Assembly: GCF_030144855.1 (NCBI RefSeq)
Contig: NC_082717.1
Coordinates: 13,268,001-13,332,000 of the forward strand
Direction of reading: 5' to 3'
From: Hypanus sabinus
Lineage: Eukaryota
DNA length: 64,000 nt
Positions 12,590 to 25,500 of this stretch are shown piece after piece. Positions within the stretch are counted from its first letter, which is position 1. Each line of letters opens with the position of its first letter. The translations under genes and the position numbers were made by a program. The notes under the pieces were generated by a model that saw nothing but the letters and a program-made list of their open reading frames with translations, was not told the DNA's origin and did no database searches.

Positions 12590-13170
12590 TTTGGCCTATC
12601 GCGTCTGCTTCGCCATTTCATCATGGTGAAATTTCATCATTTTTCTTCTCAGCCTCAATCTCTTGCCTTCTCCCAAAATCCCTTCATGCCCTGACCAATC
12701 TCCACCGTAAATATACATTAAGACTTGGCCTTCACAGTTGCCTGTGGCAAAGAACTCCACAGATTCACCACTCTCCGGCTAAAGGAAATCATCCTCATCT
12801 CTGTTCTAAAAGGACACTCCTCTATTCTGAGGCTGTCCACTCTGGTCTTAGACACCCCAACATAAGAAATATCCTCTCCACATCCACTCTATCAAGGCCT
12901 TTCACCATTCGATAGGTTTCAATGAGGTCACCCCTCATTCTTCTGAATTCCAGTGAATAAGGGCCCAGAGTCATCAAACGCTCTTCATACGACAAGCCAT
13001 TCAATTCTGGAATCATTTTTGTGAACCTCCTTTGAAGCTGAGCCAGATTCAGCATATTCTTGCTAAGACAAGGGGCCCAAAACTGCTCACAATACTCCAA
13101 GTGAGGCCTCACCAGTGCTTTATGAAGTTTCAACATTACATCCTTGCTCTTAAATTCTAGTTCTCTTGAA
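12590..13170 (-). mobile_element. CR1 3' fragment
   Basis: ALVRPHLEYCEQFWAP...MRGDLIETY (ORF 12822-13208). Confidence 0.85.
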
Positions 13171-13401
13171 ATGGACAGGTAAGATGGACACTTAATGCAA
13201 CATACCATCCCTCAAAATAAGTAACACTGAGACTATCACAGTGTGGCTGGCAAAGACTGAACCGCAGTGCATGGGATAGACAGACTCCCATCTGAAGACA
13301 GCAACCAGGGTTTATTCACAGGAGTTCCCACTAAACCTCAGTGGCTTGGGAAACCATGATATGTTCGTTCTCTCTCTCCCTCCCTCCCTCTCCCCCCCCC
13401 C

Positions 13402-16400
13402 GTTTTACGGCGGTTGGCACCCAGCGTAGTGGTGCATTACCACCACTTTCTGCTCCGGAGTCTGTGATAGACTCACACCCAACCACACCCTTCACCCAAC
13501 CACACACACACACACACACACATACCCCAACCTACACTTTATCCTCCCATCTTTGGCCATCCTAGTACCCTATTCCTGTCATCATGTCCTATAAAAAACC
13601 CCTGTACCCCTTAAGAAAGCTAAAAATACCCTAACCTGTGCTCTCTCACCCATGCCCAGCAACCCTTTTAATGTGAATTCCTGCACCCCCAATTCCCTTA
13701 GATTAATTCTCATCATCTCTCTCTGTATCCCATACTTCCTGCAACTCAGAATTACATGTTCTACTGACTCCTCTTCCTGACATTCCTCACACAATCCTGT
13801 CTGGTGTTTCCCTATCAATTTCAATGTTTGGTTTAGTGCACAGTGCCCCAACCTTAACCTAGTCCACACAATTTCCTCTCTTCTGTATCCACTGTCTACC
13901 CTAGTACCTGCAACACTTTTTGTATTTGATATAAATGCCTTCCTTTCCCCTCCCTGTCCCATCTTTCTTGCCACATTTGGTTGATTTTTTTCCCAAATTA
14001 CACACTTGACCTCTGCTTTACTGAGACTAATGCACATTTCTATATTTTATTTCTTTAACACCCTCTTTGCCAACTCATCCACCCTTTCATTCCCCTTCAC
14101 CCCTCCATGAGCTGGAACCCATAGAAATTTAACCTGACCTCCCCGATTTGCAACTCTTGTGTCTGACTGAAGGACTTCATGAAGTACATCTTGCCGGCTG
14201 TTTGAGTGACCTTAAACTTGCTAGAACTGAGGATGAATCTGAGCATATCAACGCTTAGACTTGTCTAGCTTTCTCCACCCAACGCAACACAACCAACACT
14301 GCCAGCATCTCCACTGTATACACCGCTAACTCAGATGTTCTTCTGCTGATTCCAATTGCTTTTGCTGGTTTAGCCACCCCAAACCCTGTCACTCCTGTTT
14401 CAGGTTCCTTAGCACCATCCGTATAAATCTGAGTATAATCACTATACTTTTCCATCACATGACCGTCAAATGCACTTACCAAATCAGTTTTATATTTTTC
14501 TTTCCTTTTTACCTTTAACCAATGCCAGTCTACGTCAGGCCATACAAACTTCCATGGAGCTACAACTGGATAAACTACTGAAGGACTTATCCTTAGATCA
14601 AACACTCCACATGATCTAGCAATACCATTCCCTACTCAACTAAAGTTTTCCCCCTGAAACCTCCCATTTCCCCAGGACTCCTGCAACACTCCTTTAGCAG
14701 GGTGAGAATCATTGTGTCCCTGCAAATTAACCCAGTAGTTTACCATCAATTGCATCCTTCTTAATTCCAAAGGCATTACTCCCATTTCTACTTGCAGGGC
14801 TGATACTGGTGATGTTCTAAAAGTCCCACTGCACACACTCAAAACCTGAGCCTACATCACATCCAGTTTCCTTATAAGAGACCTGGATGCTGATCCATAT
14901 GCTACACTTCCATAGTCCAACACAGATCTTACTACAGACACATACATTCTCTTCAATGCTGAACAACTTGCTCCCCATTCCCTACCAGTCAAACATCTCA
15001 TCACGTTTATTACTTTTTTACATTTCTCCTCAACTTTCCTGATATGGTCTGCCCATGTTAATTGTGAATCAAATATAACTCCCAGAAATTTAAATGATCT
15101 AACCCTTTCTAATTCAATCCCATACATCCTTAACTTCTTCCCTACCTCAATTCTTTTCCTGGTGAAAAATACAGTTTGAGTTTTTTCTACTGAAAATCTA
15201 CATCCCCAATTATAACCCCTCTACCACTTCATCAATTGCTCCTTGTAGTTTCCTGACTATATGCTCCATGTTCCTGCTTCTTTTCCACAAGGCCCCATCA
15301 TCTGCAAACAGTGACCTACCTATATCCACTTGTACCTTTGTGAAGACATCATTAATCATAATGATGAAAAGTAATGGGCTAATCACACTACTGAGGTGTG
15401 TCATTTCCCACTATGTACTGCTTTGATAATTCTGATCCAATCCCAATTTGAATTTTTCTACCAAACAAAAAATCTTTAATCCAATTAAAAACTGTCCCCC
15501 CCCCAACCCCCATCTTGTGCAGTTTAATTAATAATCCGTCCTTCCACATCATATCATAGGCTTTTTCAATGTCAAAAACCACTGCAACTACTGATTCTTT
15601 ATTTACCTGGGCATTTCTTATTTCAGTCTCTAACCTAATCACTGAGTCCACGGAATTCGTTCCCTTCCTAAAACCACTCTGATAACTTGCCAGCATTCCT
15701 CTCTTCTCAAGATAATACGATAACCTGTCTGTTATCATCCTTTCCATTACCTTACATATATTTGATGTTAGTGCTATTGGCCTGTAGCCAGTGGGTTTTG
15801 ACGGATCCTTGCCAGGTTTCCTTATTGGAATTACTACTGCTTCTTTCCATGCACTTGGTAATCTTCCCTCCTCCCACACTCTTATAAAAATGCAGTAACT
15901 TCAAGAGCACTCCTTCTCCTAGACTTTTTTAGCATAACATAGCATATTAGATCTCTCCCTGGGGAGGTTGGTCCCAATCTCTTTATTGCTCTCACCATTT
16001 CTGCCAAAGTAAACGGATCATCAATTATATCATCTGTTTCTTCCCTCCTGTTTAACACACCTGGGTATTGACTCATTGTTCTTTCCCTTCTCCTTCTTCA
16101 GACAAATTTTCTGAACTAGGTATCTTTACAAATGACTTGGCCATGATCTCAGCCTTATCCCTACTAGAGACTGCTGTTTCCTCCTCAGATATCATTACTG
16201 GATATTCCAATATTCCCAATCCCTTCTATCTCCCCCCCATCCTCTTAATCATTCTCCATACCTCTCCCACAGGCGTTGTTCTTCCTATTTTGTTGCAAAA
16301 GCTCCTCCAACTTGCCCTTTTAGCTTGACGTATAGTTCTTCTCACCAAGCCTGTGCCTTCTTATATTGAATCAAATGCTGCATATTATGGGTTCTTTTAA

Positions 16401-18657
16401 CTAGCCTGAATGCTCTTTCTGTTTTTACAGTCTGAAAACATTCCTCTGTCCACCATGGTACCAGTTTTCTATTCATCCTACTTTTACTCCTAGGTATAGA
16501 TTCTTCTGCTGCCATAATAATTGCTGAAGTCACCTGACTGCTTAATTCATCTATATTTCCAGAAATGTCTATCTTTGTCAATGCTTCTTCACTTAACTTC
16601 TGGAACTTACCCCAATCTGCTTTTCCAAACATCCACCTTGGGACTCCCCCACCTGGTCTTATTTCAACTCCTTCACCCAATGAACATAAAACTGGGTAGT
16701 GATCACTGCCTACTGTTGAAGCAGTCCAAACTCCCCAGTTACTGATGCCAGCCAAGACATTAGACACTAACGTAATATCTAATACCAACTCAGTTCCTGT
16801 TGTAATGTTTATCCTTGTTCCTCTACCATTATTCATACATACCAAATCCCTTTCTTTCATCAAATCTTCAATTACCGTTCCATTTGAATCTGTAATCGGA
16901 TCCTCCCCATATTGTGCTGTGAGCATTGAAATCTGCACACCACACTACTTTATGTCTGTTTTGTCCTTGTATCCTTAGTAGGCTGTCCAAATCCAACCTT
17001 TTACATGATTGTAGTAGTTAATTATAACCACTCCCTCCCCTCTCTCCCACATTTCCTCCATTATGTATTCCTGATCGTCTCCTTTTTCCAGTACCCTATA
17101 TGGTATACCTTGCTTGATTAATATAGCACAACCCCCTCCTCCCCCTAGATTTTACCTTTCCTTATCATTGTATACCCATATACCACAAAGTCTAAAATTG
17201 ATTTCAACCAAGTTTCCTGAAAACACACTACATCTGGTTTTACAACCATTTCTTTAATAAAGTGCTTGAATTCCTGGCATTTGGCCAGGAAGCTCCTTGC
17301 ATTCCATTGCAAAAGAATCACCATAATGAGTATTAACCAACCCATGACACTTCCTGGCTTGACTGATTAGTGAGGTTCTCCCTCACTCCTTCCCATGTCA
17401 GTCTTAATAACCCTAAATGGTTTACTGCTGCTTTGACCAGCAGCTGAATTTTGTCACTTTTTGACTTTACCTCAGCTGTACTATTAATCACTCCTACAAT
17501 GAATGTTACTAGAGCCTTTTTGTCTACGTAAATCCTGTCATTTGTTCTATGCTGCATCTCTCGCATCCCTTTTGCTCCCTGTGCATTAGGAGCATTATTC
17601 TGTTCTCTTGACATTCTTACAGCTTCTGCATAAGTGATCTTTCTTTTCACTCTTATTTCTTGAATTTTATTCTCCCATCTCATAACCTCACACCCACTAT
17701 AATATACCACATTATGAGCTCCTCCACAATTACAGCATTTTGGTTGCACTCCTGTTCCACACTTTCCATACTCATGATCACCCCCACATCAAGCACATCT
17801 CCTCTGCCTTTTACAGTTTTTAGATATGTATAGATAAACCTTTAACAATTATAGCACCTCAATGGCTTTGGCACATATACCCTTACTGGGTAACTCATGA
17901 AACCCAGGAACACTTTCCTTGGCACTCCTTTTTTCTTCAAATTCAATCAATACTGATTCACCTTCCTTTTTCACTCCCTCCTTTGTTGCTTCAGTCTTTC
18001 AACATTCATTACTTTTCCTCCTTTGATATTCCTCTTCAACTCCTCCATGTTGATACTCATTGGTACATCCATGATCACTCCTTTACAACCACCATTTCGT
18101 GCTCCCACCCTCCCTGTATATTCCACCTTGCATTTTTCTATCTCTTTTAGCTTGAGTGCTTTCTCAAGTTGTTCCTCATTCGCACATCTTACCAATAGGT
18201 TGCCATCATTAAGGACTTTTGTAAGTACTATTTCCCCTATCTTATTTGCCAGAGTTGCTGTTAGCACAAACGGGTTAATTTTCTTCATGTGCCCTTGAGC
18301 CTTCTCATTAAACCTAATTATGACAACACCTCCTCTCTGAACTTGTTCATCTTCCTCACTTTCAGAACTCTCTCCACTGTCATTTCTTATTCTTTTATTC
18401 CCTTTGTCTCGGTTTTCATTCATCCACCCCCTCACTATCTCCTCATTCCCTTTATTTCTCCCTTCACCATAATCCATTTCTCCCCAGCTGCCTACCTCTT
18501 ATCCCAAATCCCTATCCCACTCCTTCCCCACTCTCTTTCCCTCAACCCCACCTCCCCCACCTTGTCCGCCATTACTGGACGTGCACATCCCCCTCCCAGC
18601 AATTCCCACTCCTTCCCTCAACAAGTTCCAAACCACATTCATGCATGCACCCCCGCA
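13402..18657 (-). mobile_element. Near full-length, frameshifted I/Nimb-clade LINE with RNase H
   Basis: ORF1 (~18572-17333) has zinc knuckles PLRCYNC and KCCNCGGAH. ORF2 (17324-13582) has APE LQWNARS...GSDHYP, RT YRPIALTS, DIEKAYD and LFADD, RNase H IYTDG, and C-terminal CEECQ...EHVILSC. The 3'UTR carries ggtggtaatgcacc...gccaaccgccgtaaaac. Confidence 0.88.
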
Positions 18658-19117
18658 CCCCCCCCCCCCCCCCCCCCCAAAAAAAAACATTCTCAGAACT
18701 AGCACCCAGTGATAAGTGCTAATCGGGAATCTGCTTAAATAATCACAGAACACAGAAAACCTGAGCTAGTCAAATTAAGTTTTAACAAGATTAAACAGAA
18801 AGCACCAGAGCTTAATGACTCATTAATACAATTAAGAAATACAGGTGCTCTATTCTAGAAACCTCAGCACCCAAAACTCTCTGGCTCCCTCCACAGGCCT
18901 GAAGAGCTAATTACGAGTATAATCTCAGTGGATATTCCACCATGCTATCCACAAAACATAACACTATGACACCCAGAATTATCATTTGCTGGCCAGCGTA
19001 CTGCAGTAGTCCACCAACCTTCTTGAGCTACATTGTTTTGGCATTTGACTGATTCATATGCAAACCTCTTATGGCCACTATCTTACAAAAGTATGCTTTT
19101 AAATTCAATTTCAAAAC

Positions 19118-19304
19118 AAGAGAAAATCTGCAGATGCTGGAAATCCAAGTAACACACACAAATTGCTGGAGGAACTCAGCAGGCCAGGCAGCATTTACAG
19201 AAAGGAGTGCAGTCCTGCTGAAGGGTCTCAGCCCAAAACCTCAACTGTACTCCTTTCCATGGATGCTGGCTGGCCTGCTGAGTTCCTCCAGCATTTTGTG
19301 TGTG
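19118..19304. mobile_element. Fold-back Penelope-like pLTR remnant
   Basis: ~60-bp inverted arms at 19153-19213 and 19244-19304 around a degenerate hammerhead core. Confidence 0.75.
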
Positions 19305-20127
19305 ATATAACTTCAATTTACTGTTTTCAATTTACATTCTACAATAAAACTGAAGATTGGTTCTTGTTTGAATTAATATCTGCTATATTCACACAACTCC
19401 AGAATACTTCCTAATATACCCTCCTCCTCCTCTTGGCCTCTGGACAGAAACCTATCCCTGGAAGACCAAACTTTATGGAGGATCTAATTAGGTAGGGCAG
19501 CAAAAATGCCCTTCACTTCAGATCCCCTCCCCAATTACTAACCTATCATTGACCCTATATATGTACTACCATCACTAATTGGCTATCTAAAAGTCTGTGC
19601 AGAGCTGGTAATAAAACATTTCAGAAATTTAATCACATCCTCTTTCCTCAATGGAGAACTCCCTGTTGTTAGTCATCTTGGTGAAACACGGTGTTGTCCT
19701 CCCCAGGTCCCTCTCCCTCATGCTGTTCCTCTGCACCAGCTTGCTCCTCTTCATCACCCTGTTCCATGGAGGCTGGAGGGGCAGTGGGCCAGTGTCCCTT
19801 TTGCAGGGCCTGAGACAACGTAGCTACTGGTCTGGCCTTAATTGTCATGGGTGCACAGGGGAAGGGTGCTCACTCTTGGAGAGGGGAGTACCAAAAGGCT
19901 CTCTTCGAACCTCTCTTCCTCATCCTCACTATCTAACTAAATGTCCTCATCTCCCATCCACATGTTGGAGTCACCTCCTTGCAGCATCAGGGCTCGGACC
20001 TTAACGAGGTCTCGTCACCAGTTAGCCCCGTGGGCAGCCTTTCATTCCTACACTATTACTAGTCGGCGGCTATCCCTGTACTTTCCCGCTAGTCTGTGCT
20101 GACTAGGCAGACTCCCCGGTAGCACAT

Positions 20128-20395
20128 TTATTTGATTTTATTTAGAGATACATCACGGGAAAGGCCCTTCCAGATCTTCAGGCCGCGCTGCCCAGCAACC
20201 CCAATTTAACCCTAGCCGAACCACAGGACAATTTACAATGACCAGTTAACCAGTACATCTTTGAACTGTGAGAGGAAACCTGCATGCAGATTGGAAGGAA
20301 CATACAAACTTGCTTACAGAGGACCCTCAAAATGAACTCCGAACTCCAAAGCCCCAAATAGTAATAGGGTCACATTGACAGCTACGCTACCATGA
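20128..20395 (-). mobile_element. tRNA-derived V-type (HE1-like) SINE
   Basis: Reverse complement matches the SINE at 62463-62768 (head gtagcgtagc, V-domain remnant, aataaa tail). Confidence 0.6.
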
Positions 20396-21224
20396 CATAC
20401 AGTTAGTTTAGCATTTCCATTTCATTTCTCAAAGTATTTACCTCTTTCTCTTTCTGTAAGTTTGTCTCGCACTGCTGCTTTACTAAGGTGGGCAGCAGCC
20501 TTCTGGCTCCCCTTGCTCTCGGGGAACCCTATTTCATTATGTATGGACACAAAGTTGTGTCCCATTTTCACCCCACGGGAGTCCAACTTGTCTGACCAGT
20601 CTACTAGCATCCCATGGTCCACCAGTAGGTTGGCGAGACTCCCAAATGTCCCACACTGTTGTCGGTCTATCCTGATACTCTGCACTCCTCAATCATAGGT
20701 GGGTGGGTGGGTTAATCTGTTCAAGCTCTGAACCCTGCTCGCAGTGACAATCGTGTGAAATCAGGTTTGAGGGTTCAGTGAGTGGGGACAAAAGATACTA
20801 AATATGTTACCCATTTATTTACAGGACTGACAAATGCAAAACATTCAAGATACACTCAGTTACAAATACTTACCTAAAGTGTATTTTTGGGCCCTCTCTA
20901 CTGCAGCACACTTCTAATTTCCATGGCACTATCCATGAGCTGGCTCATGATGACCCAGAGAGCAAAGCACAACAAGTGCTTTCAGCATGCTAGTTTTATA
21001 CTCTACCTGTGCCATGAAGCCATCAGCTGGCATGAGTGCCAAACGGCAGCCAATGGAAGGGCTGCAATGCTCCTTAAATGGGCAAATCCTCAGCTTGCAC
21101 GGGGAGGGTGAACCCTTACTGCAATAGTACCTTGCAGTGATGAAGCATGTTAGGATGCTGGCCATTTGAAGGACGTGAGTATAGATGTGCATAGTCCAGC
21201 TCTGTTCAGCGTCCTCAGAGCTTT

Positions 21225-21800
21225 CTTGACTGTGTAGAATGTGTTCCGCTACCATGAGAGATTGTGCATGATGTGTGCTCCCAGGAGTTTGAAACTGCTT
21301 TCAGTTTCCACTGCTGTAAACAAGGGTGTGAGTGGTGTAAGTTCTCCTGAAGTCGATAACCATCTTCTTCATCTTGTTGACATTGAGGAAGAGGTTATTT
21401 GCCTGGCACCAGGCCTCGAGCTCTTCTCCCTCTGTCGGCTGTCACATTGTTGTTGGTGATGAGCCCCACTGCTGTCGTGGTCATCGGTGAACCTGACAAT
21501 GTGATTACTTGGGTGTTTAGCCATGCAGTCACGTGAGCAGACTGTACAGCAGTGGGATCAGCACACAGCCCTGGGGCACACCCATGTTGAGGATGATGGG
21601 GAGGGAGGAGAGATTATGCATCCTGACTATCTGAAGTTTGGTGGTTAGGAAGACCAAACTTAGTCTAAATAATTTGTTATTTAGACTAAGAAGTAGCAGT
21701 TTGTTCACCAAGGTCTGTGGGTTGAATACTGAAATAAAATCCAGAAACAGCATTCTGACATAAGTGTCCTTGTTTTCTAGGTGTGTCAGGGCCAAGTGCA
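21225..21800 (-). mobile_element. Rex1/Babar LINE RT fragment
   Basis: LTHLENKDTYVRMLFLDF...[17 protein letters not shown]. Confidence 0.8.
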
Positions 21801-21834
21801 TGACAGATTGAGGAACACTGAGATACAGAGATGA

Positions 21835-24800
21835 AGGCAGATTAAGGAAAGATGTAAAAATAGGGTTGTTGTCATGGGGGATTTCCACTTCCTTAATATG
21901 AACTGGGACCTTCTTAGTGCAAGAGGTTTAGATAGGGCAGAATTTGTTAGGTGCATCCAGGAGGGTTTCTTAAATCAAGTCAGAAGTCCAACAATAGGAG
22001 GGGTTGTATTGGACCTACTAGACTAAACTACAGTTGCAGGGGGCAGAATAAATAGTGAAGTGGTTGCAGAGAAAGATTTTGTTAAGCCTACATACAAGGT
22101 CAGGAATCAAAGGTTGAGCATAGTGGACTAATGTTCTGAGCTGCTTATATTTCAATGCAAGGAGTATTGTAGGAAAGGTGGATGAGCTTAGGGGATGGAT
22201 CAGCAAGTGGAATTGTAGCCATTAGTGAAACTTGGTGGCAGAAGGGGCCGGACTGGCACCTCATTGTTCTTGGATTCCATTGTTTTAGAAGTAAAGAGCA
22301 GGAGGAATTAAAGGGTGGCTTTACCAGTCAGGTAAAATGTTCAATCATTTACCAGTCAGGACAGACTGGAGAGCTCATCTTGTGAGGCTTTACAAGTAGA
22401 ACTGAGGAATAAGAAAAATATGACCACATTATTATAGACCAACCAACAGTTAGCAGCATTTAGAGGAGCAAATTTGTAGAGAGAGTGTGAAGACTGGTGC
22501 AAAATATATAAGGTTATGATAGCAACTGATTTTAACCATCCACATATTTACTGGGTATCCTATACCGTAAAGGGGCTTGATGGGAAAGTTTGTCAGGTGT
22601 GCTCAGGAAAGTTTCCTTAACAAGTACACAAAAGTCCCAACTAGACAAGAGTGTGACATTAGATCTCCTATTAGAAAATGGCAGAAATTTGTGTAGGGTA
22701 ACACTTCGTACCTAGTGATAATAATGCCATTAGTTCCAAGGTAATTATGGAAAAGGATAGGTCTGGTCCTCGGGTTGAGATTCAAAATTGGAGAAAGGTC
22801 AATTTTGATAGTATCAGTATGGATCTGGCAAATGTGGATTGGGATAGGTTGTTTTCTGGCTAAGGTGTATTTGATAAGTGGAATTTTGTACAGAGTTCCT
22901 GTCAGAATAAAAGGCAAGGAAAACAGGTTTAGGAAACCTCAGTTTTCAAAAGATATTGAGTCCCTGGTTAAGCAAAAGAAGGAGGTGAACAGCAGCTATA
23001 AGCAGGTAGGAACAAATGGAGTACTTAAGGAATATAAGAAATGTAAGAGGACACAAGAAAAAAAATCAGGAGGGCTAAAAGAAGACATGAGGTTGCTCTA
23101 GCAGACAAGATGAGGGGGCATCCTTCTGCTGATATATTAAAAGCAAAAGAACAGCAGGGACAAAATTGATCTTTGAGAAGAAGAGTGGTAATCTATGCTT
23201 GGAGCCAAAAGAGGGGGAGATCTTTAGTGGATTTTTTGCATCGTATTTACTCAGAAGATGGAGAGTGTCTATAAATGTGAAGCAATGCAGCAACGAGCGC
23301 ATGGACCCTATAGAGATAACAGAGGAGGAGGTATTTGCTGTCCTGAGGCAAAATAGAGTGGATAAATCCCCGGGTCTGGCAAGATGCCCCACCCCGGATC
23401 CTATGGAAGGCAAGTGTAAAAATTACAGGGGCCCTAGCAGACATATTTCAAACATCCTTTGAAAGCCAGAGGAATGGAGAATAGCTCATGGTGTTCTGCT
23501 GTTAAAGGAAGACTCTAAAAATAAACCAAGAAATTATAGGCCAGAGAGCCTGACATCAGTGGCAGAAAAGTTGTCTGCAGCGGTTTTAAGGGTCCAGATA
23601 TACAAATATTTAGATAGACAGGGATTAATTAAGGATAGTCAACATGGCTTTGAGCATTGTAAGATATGACATTTTTGGAGTTTTTTTGAGGAATATCAGG
23701 AATCTTGATGAAGGTAAGTCAATGGATATTGTCTACATGGACTTTAGCAAGGCCTTTGACAAGGTCCCGCATGGGAGGTTGGTCAAGAAGGTTCAATCAT
23801 TTGCCATTCAAGATGGGGTAGTAAATTGGATTAGACATTAGCCAGAGAGCGGTAGTGGAGAGTGTCACTAATGGTGTGCTGCAGGGAACAGTGCTGGGTC
23901 CGTTGTTTGTCATCTATATCAACAATCTGGATGATAATGTGGTAAATTGGATCAGATGAAGCCAAGATTGGTAGTGTAGTGGACAGTGAGAAAGACTCTC
24001 AGAGCTTGCAGCAAGACCTGTCCCAGCTGTAAAAATGGCAGGTGGAATTTAATGCAGACAAGTGCGAGGTTTTACACTTTGAGAGGACCAGTTATGGTAG
24101 GTTTAACATGATGTGTGGTAAGACACTGGGGAGCGCACTAGAACAGAGTGATCTGGAAATATAGATCCATAATTCCTTGAAAATGGCATAGTTTGAAAAT
24201 GGCTTGGTTGGCCTAATCTCAAACAATAACGAGGTGGTTGACAGGAAAGAAGTCATCTCTCTGACACAGTGGTTTCAAGAAAACAACGTCTCCCTTAATG
24301 TCGCAAAAACAAAGGAGCTGGTTGTGGATTACAGGAGGAATGGAGATGGGCTAACCCCTTTTGGCATCAACAGATCTGGGGTTGAAATAGTAAACAGCTT
24401 TAAGTTCCTTGGCATCCACATCACCGAGGACCTCACGTGGTGTGTACACACCAGCCGTGTGATAAAAAAGGCACACCAGCGTCTCTTTCACCTCAGATGG
24501 TTGAAGAAGTTTGGTATGGGCCCCCAAATCCTAAGGACTTTCTACAGGGTCACAATTGAGAGCATCCTAACTGGCTGCATCACTGCCTGGTATGGGAACT
24601 GTACCTCCCTTAATCGCAGGATTCTGCAGAGAGTGATGCGGACAGCCCGTACATCTGTAGTTGTGAACTTCCCATGATTCAGGACATTTACAAAGACAGG
24701 TGTGAATAAAGGGCCTGAAGAATCATTGGGGACCCAAGTCACCCCAACCAAAATTTATTCCAGCTGCCACCATCTGGGAAACAGTACTGCAGCATAAAAG

Positions 24801-25500
24801 CCAGGACCAACAGGCTCCGGGACAGCTTCTTCCACCAGGCCATCAGACTGATTAACTCACCCTGATTTGAGTGTATTTCTATGTTACATTGACTGGTCTA
24901 TTTATTATAAATTACTATGACTGCACACAGCACATTCAGATGGAGATGTAACGTAAAGCTTTTTACTCCTCGTGTGTGAATGATGTAAGAAATAAAGTCA
25001 ATTCAATTCAATTCAGATGTAGATGGGGTTGTAAAGGCACACTGGTCTTCGTAAATCAATGTATTGAGTACAGGAGTTGGGATTTTATGTTGAAACTGTT
25101 AAGACGATAGTGAGGCCTAATTTGGAGTGCTGTGTCCAATTTTGGTCACCTACCTATGGGAAAGATGTAAATAAGATTGAAACGGTGCAGAGAAAATTTA
25201 CAAGGATGTTGCTGGGACTTGAGGACCTGAGTTATATGGAAAGGTTAAGTAGGTTAGGACTTTATTCCCTAGAATATGGAAAATTGAGAGGAGATTTGAT
25301 AGAGGTATACAAAATTAGGAAGAGTATAGATAGGGAAATGCAAGCAGGCTTTTTCCATTGAGATTGAATGAGACTATAACTAGAGGTCATTGGTGAAAGG
25401 TGAATTGTTTAACGTTGATGGGACTAGTCAGATTAATAGTCAGGCACAGACTAGAAAGGCTGAAGGGCCTGCTTTTGTGCTGTAGTCTTCTATGACTCTA
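21835..25500 (+). mobile_element. Long decayed CR1 ORF2 (APE to 3'UTR) with a nested Rex1
   Basis: YFNARSIVGK (~22150), VDKSPG (~23360), MDIVYMDFSKAFDKVPHGRL (~23720), VRPNLECCVQFWSP (~25110). Confidence 0.85.
24203..25014 (+). mobile_element. Rex1/Babar LINE 3' part
   Basis: ORF 24204-24677: LNVAKTKELVVDYR...FKFLGIHITEDLTW...IESILTGCITAWYGNC. Tail aataaagtc(aattc)n. Confidence 0.88.

Noticed and set aside
20866-20875. ATACTTACCT matching the U1 snRNA 5' end
   Set aside because: The following sequence does not continue as U1. It is at most a minus-strand splice donor, and a 10-mer can occur by chance.
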